IMG/VR virus record: IMGVR_UViG_3300042268_000564
DNA from: a virus
Taxonomy: Duplodnaviria > Caudoviricetes
Length of the DNA: 64,000 nucleotides
Reading direction: 5' to 3' (one strand)
Below are positions 49,352-58,889 of this stretch, one piece after another. The number at the start of each line of letters is the position of its first letter. Positions within the stretch are counted from its first letter, which is position 1. Made by a program: the position numbers and the translations under genes. The notes beneath the pieces are model-generated. The model was not told the DNA's origin. It ran no database searches and worked only from the letters and a program-made list of their open reading frames with translations.

Positions 49352-50775
49352 TAATCGAACATGTCTATTTCTTGCATTTGAATAGCAGGGAATTGACTAT
49401 TGCTGGACAGGGGAACTTTTTCTTTTTTATGAACATTAGCCGTAGCGCAGGTTTCATTGGCTACAATCTCAAGTCTGGCTTTTGCAGTGCCGAATGATTC
49501 CTTTTCTTTCTCAATACCAATAAAATATCTACCTTCCATCAAGCAGCCAATGCCTGTAGAGCCACTTCCCATAAATGGGTCTAATACAATGCCCCCAGTT
49601 GGCGTTTTTGTTAATTTAGCAAGGTAAGACATGAGGTTGCGATTTTTTACAGCAGGATGTTTGTTTTCTACTTGTCCATCGCACGTCCTATCTCGTTTTG
49701 AGGCTTTCGCACAATAATAGAATCTTGCAATGGAGCCTGAATCGCCATGTTGGTTTTGCGGGTTGCTTTTACCTCGCAAGAGGGTGGTGTTGCTGTCGCC
49801 ATCATAAGCATTTACATCTTTCTTTGTTGCACCTGATTTGGTTTTGCCATATTTATTAAATTCTTGCATTACATCATCAGAGCCGTCGTGAATCACGTTA
49901 CTGGGGAAACGACCATTCTCGCTATTTTTTATGATTTGTTCAGGAGGGAGTATGGGACTGACATTGAAATCAATATTTGCACTTTTGTTTGTTTTCACAC
50001 TTTTAAAGCTGTGCCTTTTTTGTTCATATTTTTCTCTGTCAGATAGACCTATTGGCACTCTGCACTCCTCAATGTTTAAGCCAGCCACACCCCATTTAAG
50101 AGCATTATCAACATAACTGCCCTCATTAGGCTTCGTCATTACCAAAATTGGCTCAAAGGCAGGTTTAAGTGCGTGACTATGCCAACCATTCCATAGTTCG
50201 GCTTCAGGACTTGCTGGTTTTGTAATTTGGATAACATTGCCATGTTCATTGTAGTTATTAGGTCTATGTCCTTGTACCACATTTGCTTTGTTGACATTTG
50301 CCATTCCGCCAGACTTTGTAATGGTCTCAGATATAACCTCTCGTTCAAGCCCTTTTGTCTTGTCTATTTTTTTTGAAATGTTAAGCGATTTGGGAAATCC
50401 TTCTGAGTGAAGAAAGAATATACAATCCTTGAATGTAAAGCCTGCGAGCTGCATAGAGATTGCCATCAAGTCGAAGGTTCTAGTCCCAGCAAATACCAGC
50501 GCAGTACCTCCCGGCTTTAAAACACGACAAACTTCTTTCCAGATAGCAGGAGGTGGAACGCTGCTGTCCCATTCTTTACTCATAAAACCTTTAGCCCCCA
50601 CTTTGTCGGCAGAATGTTGTCCCAAATCAAGCCATTCCTGTAACAAGCCAGCGAGGTCTTTTATCTCGCCTAGCCCGTATGGTGGGTCGGAAATTACAGT
50701 GTCGACAGAGTTGTCGTCCATTTTTTTAAGCTCGTCGTAACAATCGCCGTGGATGAGTTGGTATTTTTCCTGCAT
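49351..50775 (-). CDS. Beta-class DNA methyltransferase (DPPY, likely N6-A)
   Basis: SDPPY, LKPAFEPI, GRFPSN, HPAVK, DPFMGSGSTG. Confidence 0.92.
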   Translation of the reverse strand: MQEKYQLIHGDCYDELKKMDDNSVDTVISDPPYGLGEIKDLAGLLQEWLDLGQHSADKVGAKGFMSKEWDSSVPPPAIWKEVCRVLKPGGTALVFAGTRTFDLMAISMQLAGFTFKDCIFFLHSEGFPKSLNISKKIDKTKGLEREVISETITKSGGMANVNKANVVQGHRPNNYNEHGNVIQITKPASPEAELWNGWHSHALKPAFEPILVMTKPNEGSYVDNALKWGVAGLNIEECRVPIGLSDREKYEQKRHSFKSVKTNKSANIDFNVSPILPPEQIIKNSENGRFPSNVIHDGSDDVMQEFNKYGKTKSGATKKDVNAYDGDSNTTLLRGKSNPQNQHGDSGSIARFYYCAKASKRDRTCDGQVENKHPAVKNRNLMSYLAKLTKTPTGGIVLDPFMGSGSTGIGCLMEGRYFIGIEKEKESFGTAKARLEIVANETCATANVHKKEKVPLSSNSQFPAIQMQEIDMFD

Positions 50776-50832
50776 AATTTTCCCATTGACAATATTGATT
50801 CGCTATTTATAATACCTTTGACGGGAGAAAAT

Positions 50833-51180
50833 ATGACAGAGATATTCTTAAAAGACATGCGCCGCAAGCTTGAATCTGTTGGCGTATTGACAAGAAAAGA
50901 GCAGATGCAATTATTGGACATTGCAGAACAACAAAGGTTGACAAATAAAGAGTTGAAGTTACTAGAGTATTTCCTTGATGATTACGGGAATGATTTAAGT
51001 AACAGGGGGTGTAATGACGTGCCTGAGAACGTTTGGAAGGATTGGTCAATAGATGAGCGCAAAAACTTTGTAAAGGCTTATCATGATTACAATGGTGGCA
51101 CCGAAGAATTTGATGAAAACTTTTTACATTTGCCTGATTATTGTATTGTCAGTTTTTTAAGACATAAATTAAAAGGTTGA
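50833..51180 (+). CDS. Hypothetical protein
   Basis: Promoter + SD GGGAG. Confidence 0.6.
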   Translation: MTEIFLKDMRRKLESVGVLTRKEQMQLLDIAEQQRLTNKELKLLEYFLDDYGNDLSNRGCNDVPENVWKDWSIDERKNFVKAYHDYNGGTEEFDENFLHLPDYCIVSFLRHKLKG

Positions 51181-51183
51181 AAA

Positions 51184-51813
51184 ATGATTTCAGTGATTAC
51201 TAACTTCGGGTGTGATGAGGGATGTTCTTATTGCATAATGCGAGGACATCCTTTTGAACATGTAAAAACAACTGTTCAATCCACTGATTGGGAAGAATTA
51301 AAACGGGTTTTGCAAGGGCAGATAAGAATTTCTGTTTCTGGTGGTGGCGACCCTTTATATCAACTTGAGCAAAATATGGACTGGTGGGAACATTTCTTTG
51401 ACGTTGCACAAGGTCTTGAAATTGACTTACACACAGCAAAACTATCGCCAGTCAGCTTTGCAAGGAATTTCGCAAAGTATGTTTGGCATGTTAAAGACAT
51501 AACAAAACCAATAGCGTTAGAATATAAACAACTGGTTGACTATGGAATACCTGTAAGAATGGTAGCTGTGGGAGAAGAAAGATACACTGAGGATGATTAT
51601 CTGCGTTTCGCAAGGCAAGTTGTGATGATGGGGTTTCAATGTTCTTTCCGTGAATTGGTTGTTGATGGTGAAGCAAAGAATATCGCTTTGACAAGTTTTT
51701 TGGAGACAGAGCGTTGGTGGAAATTTGTTCGGCAAGCTGATTATAATACGTATTTCATGCCCGATAATAATCTTTATGATAAGTTCTTGATAGGAGAAAC
51801 CTCTCATGCTTAA
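51184..51813 (+). CDS. Radical SAM protein
   Basis: CDEGCSYC, SGGGDPL. Confidence 0.8.
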   Translation: MISVITNFGCDEGCSYCIMRGHPFEHVKTTVQSTDWEELKRVLQGQIRISVSGGGDPLYQLEQNMDWWEHFFDVAQGLEIDLHTAKLSPVSFARNFAKYVWHVKDITKPIALEYKQLVDYGIPVRMVAVGEERYTEDDYLRFARQVVMMGFQCSFRELVVDGEAKNIALTSFLETERWWKFVRQADYNTYFMPDNNLYDKFLIGETSHA

Positions 51814-53860
51814 ATTTAAAAATGCATTTTATTTGCCTTCTGGACGAATTTTTCTGCTCGAAACAGGTGACGGTTATCCCATTGAATGTACTGAAATGAG
51901 AGACGTGATGGTTGATAGCAAGCAACATGATGCAGTAAGAACCAGTATCGACCCGAAAGTTATTTGGCAGCATTTGCGCCCGTATGACAAGAAATGGCTT
52001 CTCACTGTGAGCACTCAGAAAGGTTGTCCGCATAATTGTCAATTTTGTTTGGTACCCGGTTCGCCAATATTGATGCAAAACTTTAATTCAATACCGATAG
52101 AAGAAGTGAAATTAAATGATATTGTTTGGGTTCCAACCCCGTCTAATGAGTTCTGCAAATATCCTGCACAATATGCAACAAAAAAATATGTTAGCCTGAG
52201 CAAGGTAACTGGTTTAATTAAACGGGTTTATAGTGGAGAAGTCTTTTCTATCAAAACTAAGTCGGGTTTATGTATAGAATGGATAACACAAGAACACCCT
52301 GTTTATGTGTTACGAAAAGGGCGTTTTAAAGCAACTCCAGCAAATGAGCTTAGTGTTGGTGACACAGTTCTTTCTTTTAAGTCTGCAAGTCTTTCCCCTA
52401 CGAATATTAATTGGGAAAGGGGATGGCTTGCTGGCATGGCGGATGGTGATATGTATAGAGGTTTTTATACAAATACTATGATGCCAAGAATGTCATTAAT
52501 GCAAAATAATATTGAAGTTGTGGCTTTTGCAAAAAGCATTCTAGACAAATATGGGATTAATACGAGTGCAATAAACCCGGTAAAAAACAAGGGAAACGGG
52601 GGCTATATAGTTACATGGGGTGGCAAAGCTGTTGTTGAATTTGATAATTTTATTAATGATGGCGAACAAGATGAGGATTATATGAGAGGGTATATCGCAG
52701 GTTTTTGGGACGCTGAAGGGGCTAACTTGTCTAATGGCGATTGTGTTAGAGCTTATAATAAAAATATAGCTTTTTTAAACAAAGCAGAAAGCTATTGTCA
52801 TCGACTTGGATATATTTCTGCACATGTAGTGCATTCTTCTGGCTGTAGCTACATACAAACAGGAATTCGAAAATTTGATTTTATTACTAAATTTAGACCA
52901 CAGCATCCAAAATCTTTTTTTTGGCGCAATCAAAACAAGACAAGATGGGCGGCTGACACTTATGGAGTGGATACGATTATAGAAATTCAAAAAAAGCAGT
53001 ATTGTGGAGTCGTTCACAATATAGAAACTGAAATGCATTCATACTTTACTGGCGGGGTTGCAAACCATAATTGTGACGTCGCGCCGCTCCCATTCGAGGG
53101 GAATTTAACGAGGAACGAAATTCTTGCTCAGGTGCAATTTTTGATAAGAACGACACCGTATGCAGTTGGCAGCCAAAAGGTTAAGATTGGTTTCGCTCGA
53201 ATGGGCGAGCCTGCCCACAACCTGCAAAACGTATTGGATGCCATACGAGAACTTTTGCCGCCATATGAAAAAGGGAAAACAGTGGAAATTGTTGGCGGGA
53301 CAATGCCATTCTGTAATTTTAAGTGGCTCCCATGCTTTAATTCTATTCTGCCACGAAAAACTATAGAGGGATTAAGCGGTGAAGATGTTCTGAAGCGTGT
53401 TATTGAGTTTAAAGAGACTGTCTGTCATGGTTTTTTGCATTTACAGATAAGTTGTAATTCCACAGATGAGACCAAGCGCAAAGAATTGTTTGGTGGGGCG
53501 GATGTTCTTTCCTTGCCAGAAATAGTTGAAATAGTCAACAAAACTGAAATAACCGACAGAACTATTACTTTGAATTTTATTGTGATGAAGGGGGTAGAGG
53601 TCGATGTTCAGAAGCTTGTAAAAATGGGCTTGAATCCCAACAAGTTCGCAGTGAAACTTATTCCGTTGAATCAGACTAACAATAGCAGTGAGAATGGTCT
53701 TGAAACATTTGCCAATTACGACAACTATGATGATTTGAAAAAGTTGGCAGATGAATTTAAAAGCCATAATATCCCTGTAGTTTTTGATGCAATTGCCAAG
53801 TGCGAAGAAGCTGGACTCTGCTGTGGGCAGTTGGCACATATTTTTATAAAAAATGCTTGA
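51806..53860 (+). CDS. RlmN/Cfr-like radical SAM protein containing an intein
   Basis: VSTQKGCPHNCQF[intein]C, MGEP..N, C-terminal CGQL. Confidence 0.82.
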   Translation: MLKFKNAFYLPSGRIFLLETGDGYPIECTEMRDVMVDSKQHDAVRTSIDPKVIWQHLRPYDKKWLLTVSTQKGCPHNCQFCLVPGSPILMQNFNSIPIEEVKLNDIVWVPTPSNEFCKYPAQYATKKYVSLSKVTGLIKRVYSGEVFSIKTKSGLCIEWITQEHPVYVLRKGRFKATPANELSVGDTVLSFKSASLSPTNINWERGWLAGMADGDMYRGFYTNTMMPRMSLMQNNIEVVAFAKSILDKYGINTSAINPVKNKGNGGYIVTWGGKAVVEFDNFINDGEQDEDYMRGYIAGFWDAEGANLSNGDCVRAYNKNIAFLNKAESYCHRLGYISAHVVHSSGCSYIQTGIRKFDFITKFRPQHPKSFFWRNQNKTRWAADTYGVDTIIEIQKKQYCGVVHNIETEMHSYFTGGVANHNCDVAPLPFEGNLTRNEILAQVQFLIRTTPYAVGSQKVKIGFARMGEPAHNLQNVLDAIRELLPPYEKGKTVEIVGGTMPFCNFKWLPCFNSILPRKTIEGLSGEDVLKRVIEFKETVCHGFLHLQISCNSTDETKRKELFGGADVLSLPEIVEIVNKTEITDRTITLNFIVMKGVEVDVQKLVKMGLNPNKFAVKLIPLNQTNNSSENGLETFANYDNYDDLKKLADEFKSHNIPVVFDAIAKCEEAGLCCGQLAHIFIKNA
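52046..53071 (+). mobile_element. Intein (342 aa) with LAGLIDADG homing endonuclease
   Basis: Block A CLVPGSPI, T.EHP, LAGMADGD and IAGFWDAEG, VHNIET..HSY...HN/C. Confidence 0.9.
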
Positions 53861-53912
53861 CAATAGTCCAACTCTTTTTATAATAAAAGAAACTACATTT
53901 GAGGTGTGATTT

Positions 53913-54122
53913 ATGCCAGACAGCCGAAAAGAAAAACTGTTGCAAGCCCTGATTGATGAAAGGGCACGTCTTTTGAACAGTCGAGGAGCTTCTACTGAGC
54001 ATGATGCTGCAATAGAATACTTGCAGACAGGCAAAACAGATGTAAGCCCTGACGATGATGAAATGCTCTATGCGGTGATGGAAGATTTTGACTGCATATG
54101 CAGCGACTACGGGATTGAATAA
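53913..54122 (+). CDS. Hypothetical protein
   Basis: Promoter + SD GAGGTG. Confidence 0.6.
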   Translation: MPDSRKEKLLQALIDERARLLNSRGASTEHDAAIEYLQTGKTDVSPDDDEMLYAVMEDFDCICSDYGIE

Positions 54123-54134
54123 TGGAGGGATAAT

Positions 54135-54554
54135 ATGATTCCAAAAACATTATCTGACCTGCGAAACGGGAAGTGGGGCACCATGTGTGGTGTTGGTGGG
54201 AACGAGTGCTTTACCCCAAAAGTTATTGATACTCTGGAACTCTTTTTCGAGCAAGAAATTGAGTATGAATTTGAAGAGGCAGAGAACAGGGCTTGTATTG
54301 TAGACGACCAGTGCGATATTTCAGCTATTGGTTCTGTTTATCTACAGGCAAAAGACGGTGTTGAACTAACCGATGAAATGATGCAGGAATACGACATCCT
54401 TCATCAGAAATATCACGGCGAACCTGACGACATTCTGTCCGAACGGGAACCATTGGAAATCGTTGCCAGATACATTTCCTTGTTGATAGACGATGGTGAT
54501 GGTTCTTGGCGACCAGATGTTTGTGGAAACAGGGTTTATTTTGAAACAGAATAG
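54135..54554 (+). CDS. Acidic hypothetical protein
   Basis: SD GGAGG. Confidence 0.6.
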   Translation: MIPKTLSDLRNGKWGTMCGVGGNECFTPKVIDTLELFFEQEIEYEFEEAENRACIVDDQCDISAIGSVYLQAKDGVELTDEMMQEYDILHQKYHGEPDDILSEREPLEIVARYISLLIDDGDGSWRPDVCGNRVYFETE

Positions 54555-54563
54555 AGGACAAAA

Positions 54564-55028
54564 ATGACTATTCCAGATTGGGTATTCGACATTGAATATA
54601 AAGCTATGACGCTCAATAATGATTGGGTTCATGGCTCTTATGTCAAACAGCTCAATGACAAAGGGGAAATATCTCATTGGATGATTCCTTTAAACGCAAC
54701 TGCTGGCGTAGAGATTCGTCTTGAATCTCTCTGCCTTTATACTGGACGCAAAGACCGTAGAGGTAGACGAATCTATCAGAATGACTTGATAGGCAAAGAT
54801 GATGGTAGCGCAGCCCTTGTTGTGTATATGCCAACTACAGGCTTTTTTCTGCGTTGGGGTGAAGGGCGAGGGAGAGCTACATTTTCTCATGTTGGGCGTG
54901 ATAGCGGATTTTTCGTGATAGGCAATATTTGTGAAAATCCTAAACTTGTTGGGCAAATTAGTCGTTGGGGGAAAAGCTATTATAAACAAAAAGTAGCAGC
55001 AGACGATGAAATTCCCGTAATTGCATAA
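54564..55028 (+). CDS. YopX-family protein
   Basis: WVHG...YTG.KD..G..IY.ND.I...VIGNI.ENP.L. Confidence 0.8.
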   Translation: MTIPDWVFDIEYKAMTLNNDWVHGSYVKQLNDKGEISHWMIPLNATAGVEIRLESLCLYTGRKDRRGRRIYQNDLIGKDDGSAALVVYMPTTGFFLRWGEGRGRATFSHVGRDSGFFVIGNICENPKLVGQISRWGKSYYKQKVAADDEIPVIA

Positions 55029-55226
55029 GAAGCAGTATGAACCCGAATCAGGACATTATAAAGCAAGAGGGTATCGTTCGCCAGTTGTGCAGGCGAGATT
55101 AAGAGCAAAACAAAGAATGCTAACAAGGTTGTTTTATGGGTTCAGTAGCAAGAGGCTGGAAAGGAAACATTTTGAAAATTTGGAACGCTTGGAGCAAGAG
55201 CGGACTCAGCGTCGGGAGGCTATGAA

Positions 55227-55424
55227 ATGGCAGTCACCGCAGTAACAATAGGTAAGCTCATTGAAGGGCATCTCGAAAAAGATGAAAAGAAATTTCTGGC
55301 TTATGCAAATTTTATTGCCGATGAATATGAAAAAACAGGTGATGAGAGAGCTGCACGTATTATAAGAGAACGGCTTGATGGAAGTTATAAAGCCAAGCCA
55401 AAACTTGTGGTGCTGGACGAGTAA
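55227..55424 (+). CDS. Hypothetical protein
   Basis: SD GGAGG. Confidence 0.55.
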   Translation: MAVTAVTIGKLIEGHLEKDEKKFLAYANFIADEYEKTGDERAARIIRERLDGSYKAKPKLVVLDE

Positions 55425-55863
55425 AACAATGACTCAGAATTGGTGTCTTAATGTGACAAATGGTTTCAAAGAGTTTAAAGGTAAAGAATTTGACATGGTT
55501 CCTGTAAAGATTTTTTCTAATAATGGCAAAGAATTGGTCGCCGCTGGCGAAGCCGCACGCAGCGTTATTAATAACCCGCAAGCTTTTTTGCAGGATTTTT
55601 GCAAAGAGGTGCCAGAGGCTTCTAAGCTTGTTATAATGAATGTTTATTGTGAAACGCCATACACGCCTGATGATTTAGTGGTATTCTATCGGGACGATGA
55701 TGGGCAATGGTGTTTGACGTGAGCAAAAAGAGATTTACAACTGTTATTCCACAGTATATCAATGATTATTTTGATTTACCTTACACGGACAGGCATTTAA
55801 AAGACGGTGAAGCAGTAGATACTACTGATGGTTTAAAGATTATCAAGAAAGAGCAACAAGACG

Positions 55864-56643
55864 ATGACAGCGCAGATAAATGAAGGCATTTTAAGAATGA
55901 CAATTCGCAAGGCTAATAAAGAGTATGCCTTGATTGATTATAAATGTGTTTTTATGTCCCACACGATTAATTCCGCTGATGGCGAATATGTCCCCTCTTA
56001 TGAGGAAATTGTTGACGAGCGGATTGATGAGGATATTTTCAAGCCTCTTTTAAGGGAAATAAAGACACGTAAGCATCATGTTTTGTTTGAAGTTGTGGGT
56101 GATGTGAGATTTGAGAATGGTAAATGTATTTTTTCTTTGATATCCAAAAAAGAAATTGCTCAATGTGATAATCTTTATCATGATGCCAAGCATCTAGTCC
56201 GGGGCAAAAAAAATATTCAACATCGTAAATATCTCGAAGAGCTTGGTCAAGAGTTCTCAAACTTTGAAGAGAATTGGAACCCTCTTGATGTAAGAAATGG
56301 CAGGTGGGCTAAAGACCGTGCCTTATATGGCTTTGATGAGAGAGAAACATGGGATTTGGGGCGCACGGTGAAGCGTAGGCTTTATGAGCGGCTTGTAATG
56401 TTTAAAGAAGTGGCCGGGAAAGTTATTAAACTTGATAGCAAAGAGGATTATGCATTGATTGAAGTTGGCGGCAAGAAGCTTACTTTAAAACAATGTCTGG
56501 ATAGAATGATTCAGGGCTTAAAGCTTGACATGACATTGGACGAGGATTTTGATAGCGTGAAGCGTTCTGACCCAAAAATAAAGAAAAAAATAGATGATGT
56601 ATTCGTGATATTCAAAGAATGCTGTAACGCTTTGTGGTGGTAG
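55864..56643 (+). CDS. Hypothetical protein
   Basis: GFD.RETWDL...LWW phage-type C-terminus. Confidence 0.55.
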   Translation: MTAQINEGILRMTIRKANKEYALIDYKCVFMSHTINSADGEYVPSYEEIVDERIDEDIFKPLLREIKTRKHHVLFEVVGDVRFENGKCIFSLISKKEIAQCDNLYHDAKHLVRGKKNIQHRKYLEELGQEFSNFEENWNPLDVRNGRWAKDRALYGFDERETWDLGRTVKRRLYERLVMFKEVAGKVIKLDSKEDYALIEVGGKKLTLKQCLDRMIQGLKLDMTLDEDFDSVKRSDPKIKKKIDDVFVIFKECCNALWW

Positions 56644-56653
56644 GAAGTCAATT

Positions 56654-57310
56654 ATGTTTTGGGATACAAAAAAAGATGTAAAATGCACTCACCCAAAATG
56701 GGAAGTGGTAAAAGAGATTGAATTGCCTTCGGTAGTAGAGCAGATGGGGCTTGATTCTTTGTCGCAAGAGGACAAGATGAAAATGCTGCAACAATTGCAG
56801 CCTCAAGATTTTAACAAGAAAAGTCTGACAATAATGACCTGCCAATTTTGTGGGGAAACCAGAGAGGCCAGTGTCGAACAAAATTATTCAAAACGGGCGT
56901 GCCAGCACCAGTGGGAAATTAATGATGTGCATATTCCATCTAATTTTGAGATGCAGTGTGGTATTGACGCTACATTTGAACAAAGGCAGCGAGTTGCGTC
57001 AAAAATGGTCGCAGAGGACTTTGCGAATGCCATAATAAGACGAACAACCTGCAAGCTTTGTGGTGAATATGATGAATCAAAGATTACAGTTATAAAAGAT
57101 GGAAGTAGCGAGCGATGTGCTCACCAATGGAAGGTTCTAATCGGTGATATGGTTGAGGCTGATACGGATAAGTTTACCGCTTATGGGAAGCAATATAAAT
57201 TCATGGAAATCCGGCAACAAGTTATGTTAACATGTGAAATTTGCGGGATGATATCTCGGCAGGACATGTATTCTACACTTTCTTTGTATAAGGAAGTGCC
57301 TGTAAGATAA
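56654..57310 (+). CDS. Protein with three CxH..W...CxxCG Zn-binding repeats
   Basis: CTHPKW/CQFCG, CQHQW/CKLCG, CAHQW/CEICG. Confidence 0.7.
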   Translation: MFWDTKKDVKCTHPKWEVVKEIELPSVVEQMGLDSLSQEDKMKMLQQLQPQDFNKKSLTIMTCQFCGETREASVEQNYSKRACQHQWEINDVHIPSNFEMQCGIDATFEQRQRVASKMVAEDFANAIIRRTTCKLCGEYDESKITVIKDGSSERCAHQWKVLIGDMVEADTDKFTAYGKQYKFMEIRQQVMLTCEICGMISRQDMYSTLSLYKEVPVR

Positions 57311-57319
57311 TATAATGGC

Positions 57320-58489
57320 ATGGAATTCAAAACAAAACATGCTTATGTCTTATTTGGCAATGCTTTACAACGATTAAAAGAGATTCCTGACGAATCCGTA
57401 CATTGCTGTGTCACAAGCCCCCCTTATTATGGCTTGCGTTCATATTTGCCTGACGAACATCCTGACAAGGTGGATGAAATTGGGCTTGAACAATCACCAA
57501 AAGATTATATCAATAATTTGGTAATGATTTTCAGGGAAATTAGACGTATTTTGCGACCCGACGGCTCGGTCTGGGTGAACATAGGTGACTGTTATGTAGC
57601 TGGGAAAGGGACAGCAAGCCCTACAACTACAGATAGCAAAGCTTTGTTAAAAGAAATGAATGTAAAGCCGAAAGATTTGCTTGGAATCCCTTGGATGTTG
57701 GCTTTTGCCTTAAGAGATGATGGGTGGTATTTGCGTCAAGAAGTCATTTGGTCAAAGGTTTCTGCAATGCCTGAATCAGTGACTGATAGATTTACAAAAG
57801 CGCATGAACAAGTGTTTCTTTTGACAAAAAATGCGAAATATTTTTTTGATAATGAAGCGGTAAAAGAGAAGGCTGTATCGAATAAAAAAGGTTCCAGAGT
57901 ATTTGGCTCAAAAGAACAAGTTGGAACTTTAAGAAATGATATAGGCAGAGAATTTGTTGATAATGGCAAGAGGAATAAACGGTCAGTCTGGCATATTGCA
58001 CCTGAATCGTATAGTGGGGCACATTTTGCTGTTATGCCAAAGAAATTAGTAGAGCCATGTATTCTTGCAGGCACGTCCGAAAAGGGATGTTGTTCTGTTT
58101 GCGGGAATCCTATTGTTAGACTTACAGAAAGACAAGTTGCAACATCAAAGTCTTGTCCTAAAACAGAAGAGGCACACAAGGCTAGAGGCGGTCAAGGTGA
58201 GCCTTCTGGTACCGTGGGGAAGTCGGGCAGTGGAAGGGTTGACGGTTATACTATAACGGTTGGATGGGAGCCAACATGTAGTTGTGGCAAAGGAATTTCG
58301 CCATGCAAAGTAATAGACCCATTCGCTGGCTCTGGAACTGTTGGCGAGGTTGCCTTGAAGTTTGGACGTGATTTTGTCGGCATTGAGCTTAATGGTGAGT
58401 ATTATTCTTTAATAGAGAAGAGATTGCAAGAGGCAGAGCTTGTGGCAAGCATGAAAACAGTGAGCTACGAAGAATTGGAAATGGAATGA
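57320..58489 (+). CDS. Beta-class DNA methyltransferase (SPPY)
   Basis: TSPPY, HFAVMP, DPFAGSGT. Confidence 0.92.
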   Translation: MEFKTKHAYVLFGNALQRLKEIPDESVHCCVTSPPYYGLRSYLPDEHPDKVDEIGLEQSPKDYINNLVMIFREIRRILRPDGSVWVNIGDCYVAGKGTASPTTTDSKALLKEMNVKPKDLLGIPWMLAFALRDDGWYLRQEVIWSKVSAMPESVTDRFTKAHEQVFLLTKNAKYFFDNEAVKEKAVSNKKGSRVFGSKEQVGTLRNDIGREFVDNGKRNKRSVWHIAPESYSGAHFAVMPKKLVEPCILAGTSEKGCCSVCGNPIVRLTERQVATSKSCPKTEEAHKARGGQGEPSGTVGKSGSGRVDGYTITVGWEPTCSCGKGISPCKVIDPFAGSGTVGEVALKFGRDFVGIELNGEYYSLIEKRLQEAELVASMKTVSYEELEME

Positions 58490-58824
58490 AATTCTCAGTT
58501 AAAAAATCAGTCAAAAAACGTACGGGTGTTTATCAAATAAAGAATCTTAAAACAAATGAGATTTATATTGGTAGCACTGGCAATAGTTTTTATCAGCGAT
58601 ATCATCAGCACATGTGCGATTATCGAACCAGACGCAGAAAGACAAAAAAGCTTTTTGATGCTTTTGATGAGTATGGGATAGAGAATTTTGAATTTAAAGT
58701 TATTTGTTTGTGTAAAAAAGAATATTGTGTAACGGCAGAACAATTTTTTCTTGATAGAGGCACAGATTACAATATTATGCCTCAAGCGGGAAATTTTGCT
58801 GATTTTTATGGCAGTTCGAAATAG
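58486..58824 (+). CDS. GIY-YIG nuclease domain protein
   Basis: GVYQI.N....IYIGST...R..QH...YG.ENF...EQ...YN. Confidence 0.85.
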   Translation: MKFSVKKSVKKRTGVYQIKNLKTNEIYIGSTGNSFYQRYHQHMCDYRTRRRKTKKLFDAFDEYGIENFEFKVICLCKKEYCVTAEQFFLDRGTDYNIMPQAGNFADFYGSSK

Positions 58825-58889
58825 ACGTGCTCTCCCGTTGAGAAAGTATTAAATAGCAGCTTTTAAATCCCACAAGGAGGTCTATCTAT

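Noticed and set aside
57320-58824. Restriction-modification pair (MTase + GIY-YIG)
   Set aside because: The nuclease resembles a short homing-type catalytic domain; no evidence of cognate specificity.
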